Source of the DNA: an uncultured Acidobacteriota bacterium
GTDB taxonomy: Bacteria > Acidobacteriota > Polarisedimenticolia > QHYA01 > CAVVHA01
Direction: 5' to 3'
NCBI GenBank assembly: GCA_963747925.1
Contig: CAVVHA010000008.1
Span: forward strand, 8,736-72,735
Length of the DNA: 64,000 nt
Below, one piece after another: positions 1 to 11,220 of the stretch; position 1 is the first letter of the stretch, and each line of letters opens with the position of its first letter. The translations under genes and the position numbers were made by a program. The notes below the pieces were generated by a model. The model made no database searches and was not told where the DNA came from. It was given only the letters and a program-made list of their open reading frames with translations.

Positions 1-22
1 CTTTTGCGGCAGCAGCCCACCC

Positions 23-3000
23 CTACTGGCGCCGTCCGCGATACCGCCTCCGCCGATATCCTGATGCACGCCGAGCGGTCCCGGATGGCATGGCAGCCGG
101 CGCCAGAACTGCAATCTCGGATTCTCGAACGCTCTTGCTGAGAAATAGTTCGCCGTCCTCGTGGATGACCACGCTCTTCCTCTCTAAAGTTTGGATTGCA
201 TAGTCGAGCGAGCGTCGTATCTGCGCGCCCAATGGGTCCCGACCCAAGTGCACACTCGCAGCCTTGAGCACTGCCTGGCGTTCACGCTTACCCTCCTTGA
301 GTGCATGAACTATCGCCGCCTCGTAGTGGCTTAGTGACAGTGCTTGCTGCGTGGCCTCACTCTTGTCCCCGTCAGCGACCTCAGTATCAGGCGTGGCAAC
401 AGGAGAAAGATTATCGATGATTCGGGCGAGTTGCGCCTCGGAATCGTCCTGCCAACCGCGGTACGGCACTCTGATCACCTGCCAACCCGCACGCTCCAGA
501 ACCTCCTGCCTTCTGACGTCCTCGATTCGCAGCTCTCCGTGTTCATCGAGATGCCAGATCTCTCCCATCACACTCCACTGCCCCCGTGGCGTCCCGTTTC
601 GTTCGGCGACCAGATCGATAAAATAGCCGCAGGGCTTCGGATACTGGGCGATCGTCTGAATGCCCTGCGCCGATAGCGCCCAATAACTTGGGCTTCGAAC
701 TCGGAGTCAGCACGCCTGGCCTCATTCTTGGCGGCCTTCTTGTCTGAGCAGGAGTGCTTGGCGCAGTGTTCCAGCCAGTCCTTGATCGTACCCTCGCCCG
801 AGGCCATCCCAAACTGGTCGATCGGAGGCTGAGTGAAACACATGTAGCTCGTCACGAGCCCGGGTGAATGCCACATTGAGCATGCCCTGAACATGCGGCC
901 GATCCGCCGTCCGCGCCGACAGCGCCTCCGTCCACCTTCATCCCTTGGGCGTCGTACGAGAGCGAGTAGAAAACTACGTCTCGTTCGTCTCCCTGGAATC
1001 CATCGGGGTTTACGACAACGAGGTCGTGTGCCGTTCTCGATTCCTCGGAGATACGGTCTGCGACCATCTCGCTCACAAGACCCATCTGCTCTTCGAACAA
1101 ACAGATCACTCCGAAAGTCGCATTAGCGTACCCCGGGTGCTCAAGGTATTGGCTCAGCAGGGCGACCAGTCTTTGGGCCTCTCTTTGGTTCTCCTGCGTT
1201 CCGGATTCCACACGGCCGTCCGGGACATGGTGAAGGTAAATGCTCGGAGCTTCGGGATCCCCAACGCATTTGCTCGTTTCGTCTCGCATGATACGGTGCC
1301 CCCCATACCAGCGCTCATTCGAGAAACTAATGATGGGCGGGAGCGAGCGATAGTGCTCGTCCAGAAGCACCTCCTCGTCCATCCGGATCGAAGCCAACTG
1401 CAAAAGGTCGACCTTCGCAGGGTGCAACCACCCGTCCACATCCAGTTGATCCATCCCGTTCTGCTGCTCAGGCTTGGTCGGCTACCTGACTCCCGGTGAA
1501 GGCGAATCGCTGCGCCTGCATCTCGCTTCGAATCACCCACGACGATGGCCTGCGTCGTGCGGAAAAGAATAAGGCTCATCGACGGCAGATCGCACTGCGA
1601 CGCCTCGTCCACGATCACGTAATCGAGTAGACCGGGCTCGCAGGGGAACAGGCGACATACGTCGTCCGGACTCATGATCCAGCACGGCAGAATGTCGAGA
1701 AGCATGCGGCAGCGAGACAGATCCTCCTTCATGCGGTCGAACACACTGAAGTTCTTGAACGCAGTCTGATTCCGGCTCAAGAGTTTCGCGAATTCCCGAA
1801 GATGATTGCGGGCTGTCTTCTTGTTGCTTCCCCGGTTCGCTTCTCAACGCCTATCCGCAGTAGAAGGACGGAGGCCGCCTTCAGGGTGTGGCGAAGTTGG
1901 CTGATCCTTTCGCCCAGCTCATCGCTGAGCCGCGGGGCTCGTCTCTCGGCCGAGCGGTGGACTTTCCAAGAGCGCCATCTCTTGAGCAGCCGTTTCAGGT
2001 GTCCTGGGGCTTCAAGGACTTCGCGATCAGCCCTGGCAACAAGGTGCTCGAAACCGAGCGACTCCGCCAGCGACTGCTCAACCTCGGCTGCCTGCTCGAC
2101 GCACCTATCGTGCTCAGTCTGCTGCCTCCGCCATTCCTGATCCGTCTCTTGGGCGGCACGCCGCTTCTGAATTGAGTCCAGGCGTTCGCTCAGTTCGCGC
2201 TTGGAATCCCTATCCTGTCTGAGCAGCGTCATCGGCAATTGCGCCAACCCAGCTCGCGCAGCAGGTTGTCCACTACCTCGAGCGCCTTGTCTTTTTGAGA
2301 TGTGATGAGCACCCGCTTGCCGTGCGCAACGAGATGACAAGCCGTGTTGGCGATTGTGAGGGACTTGCCAGTCCCGGGCGGACCCTGCACCACGATTAGA
2401 CGATTTTGGGGATCCTCGGCGAACAGCGCGACCCTGCGCTGGCTCGGATTAGACTTAAAGGGGTAACAAACCTTCCTGCTGTCGGTGAACGATTCGGTCG
2501 TTGGCTCAGGGGGCCGGTCACCGATAAGCCAGCCAAGAGCAGTCTTCCGGACATTCTCATCGCCCACCTTGCCAATTCGCTCTAGGTCGCTCGCGATAAA
2601 GTAGCTAGTCTTGGGCGCCACGAAACAAGCCGCGTTGTCCACGACCCGGAGTGAGATGTTCCTCCGCGGTTCGCTCGGCGGTCCGACCAGCCTTCCATCG
2701 AGTTCGGCTCCGCGCTCGACCTTCATCTCCCTCCAGAGGCTCGCGCAGAAGGACTGCAGCTGGGCTATGCTAACGGGGAATGCGGGAGTCTGCTCGATCA
2801 GACGGCCCAGAGCATGCTCATGCGCCGCCGAATCAAACTCGGAGCGGAACGGCAGTGAGTTGAATCGGACAACCTCCTCGTTCGGTACAAGAAGCAGCGC
2901 TCCACCTTCCGGTGTGATGACAACGGGAATCGTCAACAGGGGTGCCCTGATCATTACATCATCGATCTGGCCGACAATATATGGATACCCGTAGAGCAGT

Positions 3001-3311
3001 TCCCGCTCATACGGGTTCAGTTCGATCGTCGCCATCATCTTATTCAACGAGTCATGAATGGTGCTCGATGCCGCTACCGGGATTGCCTTCGCTCCCGTAA
3101 TGAGCACTTCCGTCCCAGGCTCCATCCATGCGAACTCATGAGATCGACGGTGCGCCGAGCTCCATCGCACGAACGCTGCAGAAGCCGTGCGCTGTCTCTT
3201 GACGAGCGCTGCGTAGGCACTCGCGAGCGCCTCGACGAGACCTGGCTTAAGCGTTGGTCCATTGTCCGGAGACAAGTGCACCTCGGTGCTTCGATCAGGA
3301 TTCATCGTCAC
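23..3311 (-). pseudogene. Decayed superfamily-1 (Upf1-like) DNA/RNA helicase with a DUF4011-type N-terminus, AAA_11/AAA_12 core and C-terminal DUF559 endonuclease-like domain; the reading frame is broken into at least 5 pieces
   Basis: ORFs 2229-3311 (Walker A GPPGTGKS and NPYERELLYGYPYIV N-terminal region), 1777-2340, 1154-1780 (motif II VIVDEASQ), 852-1454 (helicase C-terminal domain), 568-894 and 23-571 (DUF559-like RIEDVRRQEVLERAGWQVIRVPY) are colinear but lie in different frames. Local GC is clearly lower than the rest of the window. Confidence 0.7.
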
Positions 3312-3801
3312 AGAGGATCAGAATCGAACATAGTTGGGCGACTCGTGGCGATCCGGGCCGCCTCGAGCGGTGTTCGTGGCGTCCCACTCATGATCCCGAG
3401 AGCATCCGCCGCAGCTCGAGAGCTCGGCCTCGAAGCCAAGATCAACGGTGGTGTTGCTGTTATTTCCTACTCGAGCCATGGGGCCCCCACGGTCCGGGAG
3501 GCGCGATTGGCGAGACGGGCCGCGTTCTCGGTTAACAGCCCGAGCCAGGTTCAGGACTCTCTCGCTGTAACCACCCACCCAGAATCGGTGTTGAGGTTAA
3601 CACGCACCGCCGAGAGCGCGGAGAGTCCTGCGCGACATCAGGTCGGGGGGGCGCTCTCGGTTAACCGAGTCGCCGACCACGGGGAGGGCGGCCCGAACAC
3701 GCGCAACTGTTGCCAAGAAAGGGCGTACGGGTGCGCGGAATCCCTCCCCGACCAGGCGGCCTGGGGCCCGTCGAGAACATCCGCTCGTGTCTTCGAGTGG
3801 G

Positions 3802-3866
3802 TGGCTCCCCACACAGGATTCGAACCTGCAACCCCACGGTTAACAGCCGCGGGCGGCCGCGCGGCC
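3802..3866 (-). tRNA. Partial tRNA-Asn(GUU)-like gene. Only the anticodon arm, variable loop, T-arm, acceptor 3' strand and encoded CCA are present. The 5' acceptor strand and D-arm are absent.
   Basis: Reverse complement reads CGCGG-CUGUUAA-CCGUG (anticodon GUU with U33 and A37), then GGGUU, then GCAGG-UUCGAAU-CCUGU (T-loop), then GUGGGGA-G-CCA. No complementary 5' acceptor strand exists upstream. Coordinates may be off by 1. Confidence 0.45.
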
Positions 3867-3967
3867 AGTACCGTTCCCATCGCCCCCCGCACCAGACCCT
3901 GCAGGCAGCGCGGGCGCGGAGCGCGGTTTCGAGGTGCTGACTGGATCCTGCCGGCGCCGCGCCGGGG

Positions 3968-4982
3968 TCAGTCGCGGGACGGGCGCAGGACCGAGTCGGG
4001 GACGGAGCGCAGGTGCAGGTCGCGCTGCGGAACGGGGATCTCGATCTCGTGCTCGCGGAAGACCTTGAGGATCGAGAAATAGAGGTCGCTCATGATCCGC
4101 TGCGGCGTGTGGACCTGCGTGGCGGTCGTGAAACGCAGGTCGAAGCGCAGGGCGCTCTCCCCGAAGGCCGCGAGGACTACATCCGGCGGGCGGGTCCTGC
4201 AGGACGTCCGGGTGGGCGCGGGCGACGCCCATCAGGAGCGCGCGGACCCGCTCGGGGTCGGTGTCGAACGCGACGCCGACCGAGACGCGGTAACGCGCCA
4301 TCTGGTCCAGCGCGGTCATGTTCGTCACCCGCCCGGTGACGAACTCGGAGTTCGGGACGATCGTGACGGCGTTGTCGATGCCGCGGATCCAGGTGCTGCG
4401 CGGCCCGATCTTGACGACGTCGCCGGCGGTCCCGCCCACCTCGATCCGGTCGCCGACCTTGACCGGGCGCTCGACCAGCATGATCAGGCCCGACACGAAA
4501 TTGTTGACGATCGCCTGCAGGCCGAAACCGATCCCGATCCCGACGGCGCCGCCGAGGAACGTCAGGCTCGACAGGTCCAGGCCCATCGTCTGCAGGCCGA
4601 TGGCAAGCCCCAGGAAGAAGATGAAGTACCCGAAGATCCGCGCGAGCGCGTACTGCTGGCCGGAGTCGAGCGAGGTGCGTCCGAGGACCCGGGTCTGGAG
4701 AAGACGCCGAGCGAGGCGCGCGCCGAGCGTCAGGACGACGATGAAGAGGACGAGCTGGATGATCAGGACGGGGGTGACGGCCAAGCCTTCGCTCGTCTTG
4801 CTGTGCTCGCCGCCGAGGACGAACCACGGGTTGTTGAGCCGCTTCAGCACCTCCTCGCCGCCGACCACGTCGGCGAGCGAAGGGGCCCAGGTCGTGTCGA
4901 TGAGGCGCAAAACGACGAGCGCGGCCGTGATGACGACCAGCAGCACGAGCGTCCGGGTGCTTTTCGAGATCTTCATCGGCAA
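3968..4982 (-). CDS. MscS-family mechanosensitive ion channel; one frameshift near 4190
   Basis: ORF 3840-4982 gives the TM region and MscS beta-domain (VGDRIEVGGTAGDVVKIGPRSTWIRGIDNAVTIVPNSEF) and then runs into Pro/Arg junk. Shifting one base restores the canonical C-terminus (VVLAAFGESALRFDLRFTTATQVHTPQRIMSDLYFSILKVFREHEIEIP) ending at 3968. Confidence 0.8.
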
Positions 4983-5115
4983 GGTCCCTCTATCCTACAT
5001 GAAGGCGGCTCCTCCCCGGATGGGCCCTCGGCGCCGCGCGCGCACCGCCGGGGCCCGCCGGCGGCGGCCCCCGCAGGATTGATGTAGCCTTGGGCGTGCG
5101 ATCGAGGAGCCATCC

Positions 5116-5469
5116 ATGAGCGAGCTGAGCAAAGGTTCGTGCGTGCCGTGCCGCGGGGGCGTTCCGGCCCTGACGGAAGCCGAGATCCAGGCGCTGCTGC
5201 CCCAGGTCCCCGGGTGGCAGGTCGGCGAGAAGGACGGCGTCAAGCGGCTGTCGCGGGAGTTTTCGTTCCCCGACTTCCGGAAGGCGATGGACTTCGCCGT
5301 GAAGGTCGGAGAGCTGGCGGAGCAGGAGGACCATCACCCGGACCTGCACATTTCCTGGGGCCGGGTCGTCGTCGAGACCTGGACGCACAAGATCCGGGGG
5401 CTCCACCAGAACGACTTCATCCTCGCCGCTAAAACGGACCGCCTCCACGAGCGGACCAGGAACGGCTGA
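5116..5469 (+). CDS. phhB: Pterin-4a-carbinolamine dehydratase
   Basis: 117-aa intact ORF with the PCD signature (EQEDHHPDLHISWGRVVVETWTHKIRGLHQNDFILAAK) and a GAGGAG ribosome-binding site. Confidence 0.85.
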   Translation: MSELSKGSCVPCRGGVPALTEAEIQALLPQVPGWQVGEKDGVKRLSREFSFPDFRKAMDFAVKVGELAEQEDHHPDLHISWGRVVVETWTHKIRGLHQNDFILAAKTDRLHERTRNG

Positions 5470-5485
5470 GGGGACACCGGGACCG

Positions 5486-6010
5486 ATGCCGTCCGCGCCG
5501 CCCGAAGCCGCCCCGAATACCCCGCTGCGCCCCACGCCGCCGGCTGCAGTCGCCGGCGCACCTCTGCCGCCCTCCTCCCGCGTCTCGAACGGGGTCGTGC
5601 TGGCCTCGCTTGCGCTCTGCCTGCTGGCCGGACTGCTCATCAGGCCCGATGAGGGGGACGGAGGGACGATCCTGACGCTCTTCGGGCTTCCCCTGCCCTC
5701 GGTCTGCTGGTTCCGCTTTTCCACCGGGGTCCCCTGCGCGGGGTGCGGGCTGACGCGCTCGGTCGTGCTGCTCCTGCACGGCAGGGTCGGCGCCTCGGTC
5801 GCCATCCACCCGTTCGGCGTCGTCGTCGTCGCGCTCGGGCTGCTGCTGGTGCCGCCACGGCTCGCTCGCGCGCTCGGCCGGACCGACCTCTGGATCACCC
5901 GGTGGGACCGCGGCTGGGGACTCGCCGCCGCGCTGGCGACAGTCCTGATGCTGATCTGGTGGGTCTCGCGCGTGGGCGTCGGGGTCTGGCTGCGCACCTG
6001 GCTGCCGTAG
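5486..6010 (+). CDS. DUF2752 family membrane protein
   Basis: 174-aa ORF with the CPxCGxTR-like motif (GVPCAGCGLTRS) between hydrophobic helices, 17 nt after phhB. Confidence 0.6.
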   Translation: MPSAPPEAAPNTPLRPTPPAAVAGAPLPPSSRVSNGVVLASLALCLLAGLLIRPDEGDGGTILTLFGLPLPSVCWFRFSTGVPCAGCGLTRSVVLLLHGRVGASVAIHPFGVVVVALGLLLVPPRLARALGRTDLWITRWDRGWGLAAALATVLMLIWWVSRVGVGVWLRTWLP

Positions 6011-6270
6011 CGCGCAAGAGTCCCCGGCGAGAAGCAGGCGCCCGCTGGATATGGGGTGCCCGCGAAAGTGACGCAGGCATTCCTTCGACGCCGAGCGTGC
6101 GCGGCAGGCCCGTCCTGGAGAAGCCGGTCCGGTGATGGGCGCGGATGGAGCGCACACTGGCGGCCTCGACGCGGACCCGGGCCTCTCCGGCCCCGGGGGC
6201 GGGCTCGGGGAGTCCTAGAAGAGCATCGCCTCGGGCCCGCCGGGCTGGTGGATGCGGATCGTCCGCATGG

Positions 6271-8980
6271 TCAGGGATTGATCGTGAACTTCAGATCGCT
6301 GTCGTCCTTGCCAAGGCTGTTGCCGGCCGAATCGAGCAGGGCGACGCGGACCTTGCAGTTCGCCTTCGACGAAGAAACCGTCGGGATGGTCCAGGAATGG
6401 CTCCCCGGGTTGCCCATCAGGGTTACGATCGTCTTCCAAGTGCTGCCGCCATCGGTCGTGTAGGACAGCTTCACCTTGGCGACGGCCTTCTTGGTGGACT
6501 TCGTGCTCCACTGGATCGTCTCCGTGGCCCCCGAGGAATAGCTTGCGCCGCCATTGGGGTTGACCAGCCGGATCACCTCGATCGTGAAGACGGCGTCCGA
6601 CGCGTCCGACCCGGTCTTCGCGCCGGACGCGTTGTAGGCGATCAGCTTGACCTTGCACTTATTCTTGTTGCCCGGCTGGACAGGGACCGTCCAGAGGTAC
6701 TCCCGCCCCGTCAGCCCGGTCTCGATGGTCTTCCAGGTCGAACCGTTGTCCACGGTGTACTGGAGCTTGAAGGTCGCCGCCGTCTCCGGGGCCTGCCAGG
6801 AAATGAGCCCTTTCCCGCCGCTGGCGAGGGTCCCTCCGCCGTTGGGCGTGAGGACCTGCAGCGGGCCGCACCCGAGAGGCGTGTGGACGCAGCCGCTCGC
6901 GGGGTCGCACGAATCGGCCGTGCATGAATTCCCGTCGTCGCAGTTCAGGGACGCGTGGGTGCACTCGCCCGTGCCGGGGGTGCACGAGTCGGTCGTGCAG
7001 GCACTGCCGTCATCGCAGGTGACGGCCTGTCCGCCCGAGCAGGTGCCGTTCGCGCAGGCCTCTCCCGTCGTGCAGGCGTTCCCGTCATTGCACGCCGCGG
7101 TGTTGTTCGCGTGCGTGCAGCCGGTGCCGGGGTCGCAGGCATCGTCGGTGCAGGCGTTGCCGTCGTTGCAGTTCAGGGCGGTTCCGGCGGTGCAGGAGCC
7201 GCCGGAGCAGACGTCGCCCGTCGTGCAGGTACTCCCGTCGCTGCAGGTGGCCGTGTTGTTCGTGTGGGAGCAGGTTCCGCCCGAGCACGCATCGTTCGTG
7301 CAGGGGTTCGAGTCGTTGCATTCCGGGTCCGTGGTGCAGACGGGGCCGGCGCCGCAGAGGTCCGAGACGGAGAACGGCCCGGGCACCTTCGTGAACGTCT
7401 CCGCCGTGACCGAATAGGAGGCGGTCGCCGCGGTCACCGTGTACGAAACGGCCGTGGCATCCGATGTGGTCGCCGTGCCGTTCGAGGTTGTTGCGGTCGC
7501 CGCGCCCGGCGTGATGAAGGAGCAGGACTGGCCGAAATCGCCGGTCGAGCTCATGCGGGCGAACCAGACGTCATCGGTGGCGGTGCCGGCCTGCGGATCC
7601 TCCGCCTGGGCCATGACGAGGATCTCACCCGTCGAAAGACGCAGACCCACACCCGTGTCGTTCCACGCATCCCCATAAGCGTTCTGCCAGACGATCCCCC
7701 CCGTGGCGTCGAGCTTCGCGACCCAGACATCCTCACCGCCGGACCCGAACGATTTCGTGTAGCCGCTCAGGAGGTAGCCGCCGCCGCTTTCGCCCGTCGC
7801 GAAAGCAACGTCGAGGCCGGAGCCGCCGTAGGTCTTCTGCCAGACGATGCCGCCCGTGGCGTTCGACTTCACCACCCAGGCGTCCTCCTGGCCGGCCCCG
7901 AACGAGGTCGTGTAACCGGTCAGGAGATACCCCCCGGCCGGATCGACCTCCGCGGTCATCTGCTCGTCGACGGCCCCGCCGTAGGCGAATTGCCACTGGA
8001 TCGCCCCCGCGGCATCGAGCTTCAGGACCCAGGCGTCCCCGGGGCCCTGTTCGGATCCGCCCATGCCCCAGGATTTCGTGGCGCCGGCCAGCAGGAAGGT
8101 GCCGTCGCCGAGGGCCAGCAGCTGGAGCGCCGCCTCGGGGCTGGTCCCGCCGTAGCGCTTGGTCCAGACGGGATCGCCGCCCGAATTCGAGCTTCATGAG
8201 GAAAATGTCGCCGTCATATGTGGAGCCGTTGGTGAGGGTCCCGTACATCATCAGGCTGCCGTCGCCGAGCTTCACCATCCGCAGCGGGGTCAGGAGATCG
8301 CCAGTCTCGGGCGTGTAGTGTTTCGTCCAGACCACGCCGCCCGAGAGATCGAACTTCATGACCGTCGTATCGAAAGTGAAAGTCCCCATGTTGAAGTAAC
8401 TGCCCCAGACGACATAGCCATCCGACACGATGGTGACGAGCGAGCTCAGGCCGGCAGTGACGGGAACCTGCTTCTGCCACGTGATGGCGCCGGCGCTGTC
8501 GAGCTTCATGATCCAGTTGGCGGTGACGCCGGTGCCGGCGCCCGTTGCGCCGACGGCGATGTACCCTTCGTCGGAGGTCGGCGTGGCGTACCCCCTGTCC
8601 TGGGCGTCCCCACCGTAGAGGCTCGACGCGACCGGCGCTCCCGTGTCGTCGAGTTTGAAGAGCCAGAGGTCGAGATCCCGGACCCCGTAGCTGCTCGTGG
8701 TCCCCGAGAAGAGGTACCCGCCCCCGGCGGCCTCGCCCGAGAAGATCGCCTGGCTGTAGCCCGGCGCGTTGGCGCGCTTCGCCCACGGGGACAGGCCGAA
8801 GGGCGCGGCGAGTTCGCCCGGGGCGCTGGGCTTCTCGGCCCGGATTCCCGTGGATCCGTCGGCGCGGGTCATGGCGTGCTGCATCATGGCCGTCTCGGCC
8901 TGGGCCGGGGCGGCGACGACAGTCCCGATCGCCGCGAGGCAGGCGGCGCTCACAAGGGCGATTCTCGACAGGGTCTTCAT
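6271..8980 (-). CDS. Large secreted repeat protein (~900 aa): signal peptide, about 8 beta-propeller-type ~55-aa blades, about 6 Myxococcus-type Cys-rich repeats, and two C-terminal Ser/Thr-rich beta-sandwich domains; one frameshift near 8180
   Basis: ORF 7733-9955 holds the true start MKTLSRIALVSAACLAAIGTVVAAPAQA at 8980 and the first blades. ORF 6271-8064 continues the same repeats (GYxxSGxTxSFGxGxxDxWVxKLDxxGxIxWQKTYGG), then CNDGNACTDDAC-type repeats, then two ~85-aa domains (…ISWxxxxT…KVKL…DDSDxxFTI). The two ORFs join across a single inserted A in a gaattc context. Confidence 0.7.
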
Positions 8981-9235
8981 GACTGGTTCTCCGTGTGTTG
9001 GGCCGAACTCGAAGCTCTTCCCCTCGACGACGGCGTCGTCCTCCTGCGCTTCCGAGGAGTTCGAATGCGGGAATCCTACCCCAATCGGCCGTGAATCCGA
9101 TAGGAGAATGCCCGACAGATCTGGCACCCCGCGGCGCGCGGCTTGAGCCCGCCGGCCGCCTGCCGGAGAATGGGGCGTCGCCCCGATCCGCCTTGCCGGT
9201 AGTGCAGGGCGGGCGCGAACCAGGGAGAAGAACCG

Positions 9236-10223
9236 ATGCGGATGCGCAAGCTGGGCAGCACCGGACGGCAGGTCTCGGAGATCGGCTTCGGAGCGTGGGG
9301 GATCGGGGGCTCCATGTGGCTCGGCGGGTCCGACGAGGACTCGAAGCGGACCGTGATGCAGGCGCTCGACCTCGGGGTCACCTTCTACGACACCGCGCTC
9401 GCCTACGGGATGGGCCACAGCGAAAAGCTGCTCGGCGAGCTCCTGGCGCGCCGCCTCGACCGGGACGGGATCGTGATCGCCACGAAGATCCCACCGATGA
9501 ACTTCGAGTGGCCCGGGCGCGCCGCCTCGCCGCTGGCGAAGGTGTTCCCCGCCCGCTACGTGGTCGAGTCGGTCGAGACCTCGCTTCGCAACCTGCGGGT
9601 GGAGGCGCTGCAGGTCGAGCAGCTCCACGTCTGGCACGACGCCTGGCTCGACGCCGCGGAGTGGACCGAGACGCGCGCCGCGATGGCGCGGCTCGTCAAG
9701 GAGGGGAAGGTCCTCCACTGGGGGATCTCGATCAACGACCACGCTCCGGAAACGGCCATGAGGCTCGCCGAGGACCCGCTGATCGAATCCGTGCAGGTGA
9801 TCTACAACATCTTCGACCGCTCGCCCGGAGCGGGAGCTGTTCGCCCTCGCGGCGCGCCGCAACCTCGGCGTCATCGTCCGCGTGCCGTTCGACGAGGGGG
9901 CCCTCACGGGCGCGATCGGCCCGGACACCGTCTTCCCCGCGGACGACTGGCGCAACCGCTACTTCGCGGGGGACCGCAAGGCCGAGGCCGCGAAGCGCTG
10001 CGCCGCCCTGAAGCCGCTCCTGGGCGACGAGGCGGCGACGCTGCCGGAGCTGGCGCTGCGGTTCTGCCTGACGCCTCCCGAGGTTTCGACGGTGATCCCC
10101 GGCATGCGCCGCCCCGAGCACGCGCGCGCGAACGCCGGCGTGTCCGACGGGCGCCCCCTCTCGCGCGAGCTGCTCGGGCGCCTCGCGGCCCACGCCTGGG
10201 AGAAGAACTGGTACTCGGACTAG
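9236..10223 (+). CDS. Aldo/keto reductase; one frameshift near 9826
   Basis: ORF 9236 onward (GFGAWGIGG, ALDLGVTFYDTALAYG) and ORF 9882-10223 (C-terminal AKR half) are colinear. They are separated by one inserted G (cccggagcgggag versus cccgagcgggag). Confidence 0.8.
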
Positions 10224-10433
10224 GCCCCGCGCCGGGCGTGTGCGATTCCTGGTCCGCCCGGAGCGAGGGGTACCCCATCACGATCGGGCCGCTCCTGAGC
10301 GCCCGGCCGTGGCCCGCGTTCGCGCCCTGCGGGCCGCGATGGGGAGCCCCCGAAGACCCCCGACCCCGCCTTTTTGACCGGGCGCCGTTTCTCCACTAAA
10401 GTACCCGTTCCCACAACCACAAGGAGAGATCGA

Positions 10434-11150
10434 ATGAAGAAGCTGCTGATTCCCGTTGCCATGCTGTGCGCGGCCGGCCTCGTCCTGGCCGCCGACGCCC
10501 CGAAGAAGGATGCCCCGGCGAGCGCGCCTGCGAAGGCCGCCGCCGAGAAGAAGGAAGCGGCCCCCGCCGCCTCCAAGGCGAAGCTGTCCGACCCGGCCTC
10601 CCTCAACGAGAAGGCCCCCGAGACCTTCGACGCGAAGTTCGAGACGACCAAGGGGAACTTCACCATCCACGTGACGCGCGCCTGGTCTCCCCTCGGCGCC
10701 GACCGGTTCTACAACCTCGTGAAGAACGGCTGGTACGACGGCGTGAAGTTCTTCCGCGTCATCCCCGGCTTCATGGTGCAGTTCGGGATCAACGGCGACC
10801 CCGCGCTCAACAAGGTGTGGCAGGAGGCGAGGTTCGCGGACGATCCGGTCGTCCAGGGCAACAAGCGCGGTTTCGTCACCTTCGCGAAGTGCGGCGCTCC
10901 CAACTGCCGGACGACGCAGATCTTCATCAACTTCAAGGACAACACCGGCCTCGACGGCCAGGGTTTCTCCGCGTTCGGCCAGGTGACCGAGGGGATGGAC
11001 GCCGTCGACAGGATCAACAGCCAGTACGGCGAGGGCGCTCCCAGCGGCCGCGGTCCCGCGCAGGGGCGGATCCAGGCCGAGGGGAACGCCTACCTCGAGA
11101 AGGATTTCCCGGCCCTCGACGGCGTGAAGAAGGCGTACATCGCGAAGTAG
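10434..11150 (+). CDS. ppiA: Periplasmic cyclophilin-type peptidyl-prolyl cis-trans isomerase
   Basis: Signal peptide MKKLLIPVAMLCAAGLVLAA, then the cyclophilin core (FHRVIPGFMVQFG…GFSAFGQVTEGMDAVDRI). AAGGAGAG ribosome-binding site. Confidence 0.85.
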   Translation: MKKLLIPVAMLCAAGLVLAADAPKKDAPASAPAKAAAEKKEAAPAASKAKLSDPASLNEKAPETFDAKFETTKGNFTIHVTRAWSPLGADRFYNLVKNGWYDGVKFFRVIPGFMVQFGINGDPALNKVWQEARFADDPVVQGNKRGFVTFAKCGAPNCRTTQIFINFKDNTGLDGQGFSAFGQVTEGMDAVDRINSQYGEGAPSGRGPAQGRIQAEGNAYLEKDFPALDGVKKAYIAK

Positions 11151-11220
11151 TCCGCAGCAGCAGGCGGATCCGGCGTCTTCCCGGACGGGGGGACGCCGCC
11201 GATCCCGAGAAAGGACCAAG

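Noticed and set aside
4092-5997. Plus- and minus-strand ORFs 4092-5087, 4318-5082, 4177-4827, 4990-5997, 5429-6157
   Set aside because: They are antisense or out of frame over mscS, phhB and the DUF2752 gene. They are Arg/Pro/Gly-rich low-complexity translations typical of GC-rich non-coding frames.
6955-8199. 414-aa plus-strand ORF and neighbours (6145-6927, 6647-7417)
   Set aside because: Antisense to the large secreted repeat protein. Poly-Ala/Gly/Arg composition.
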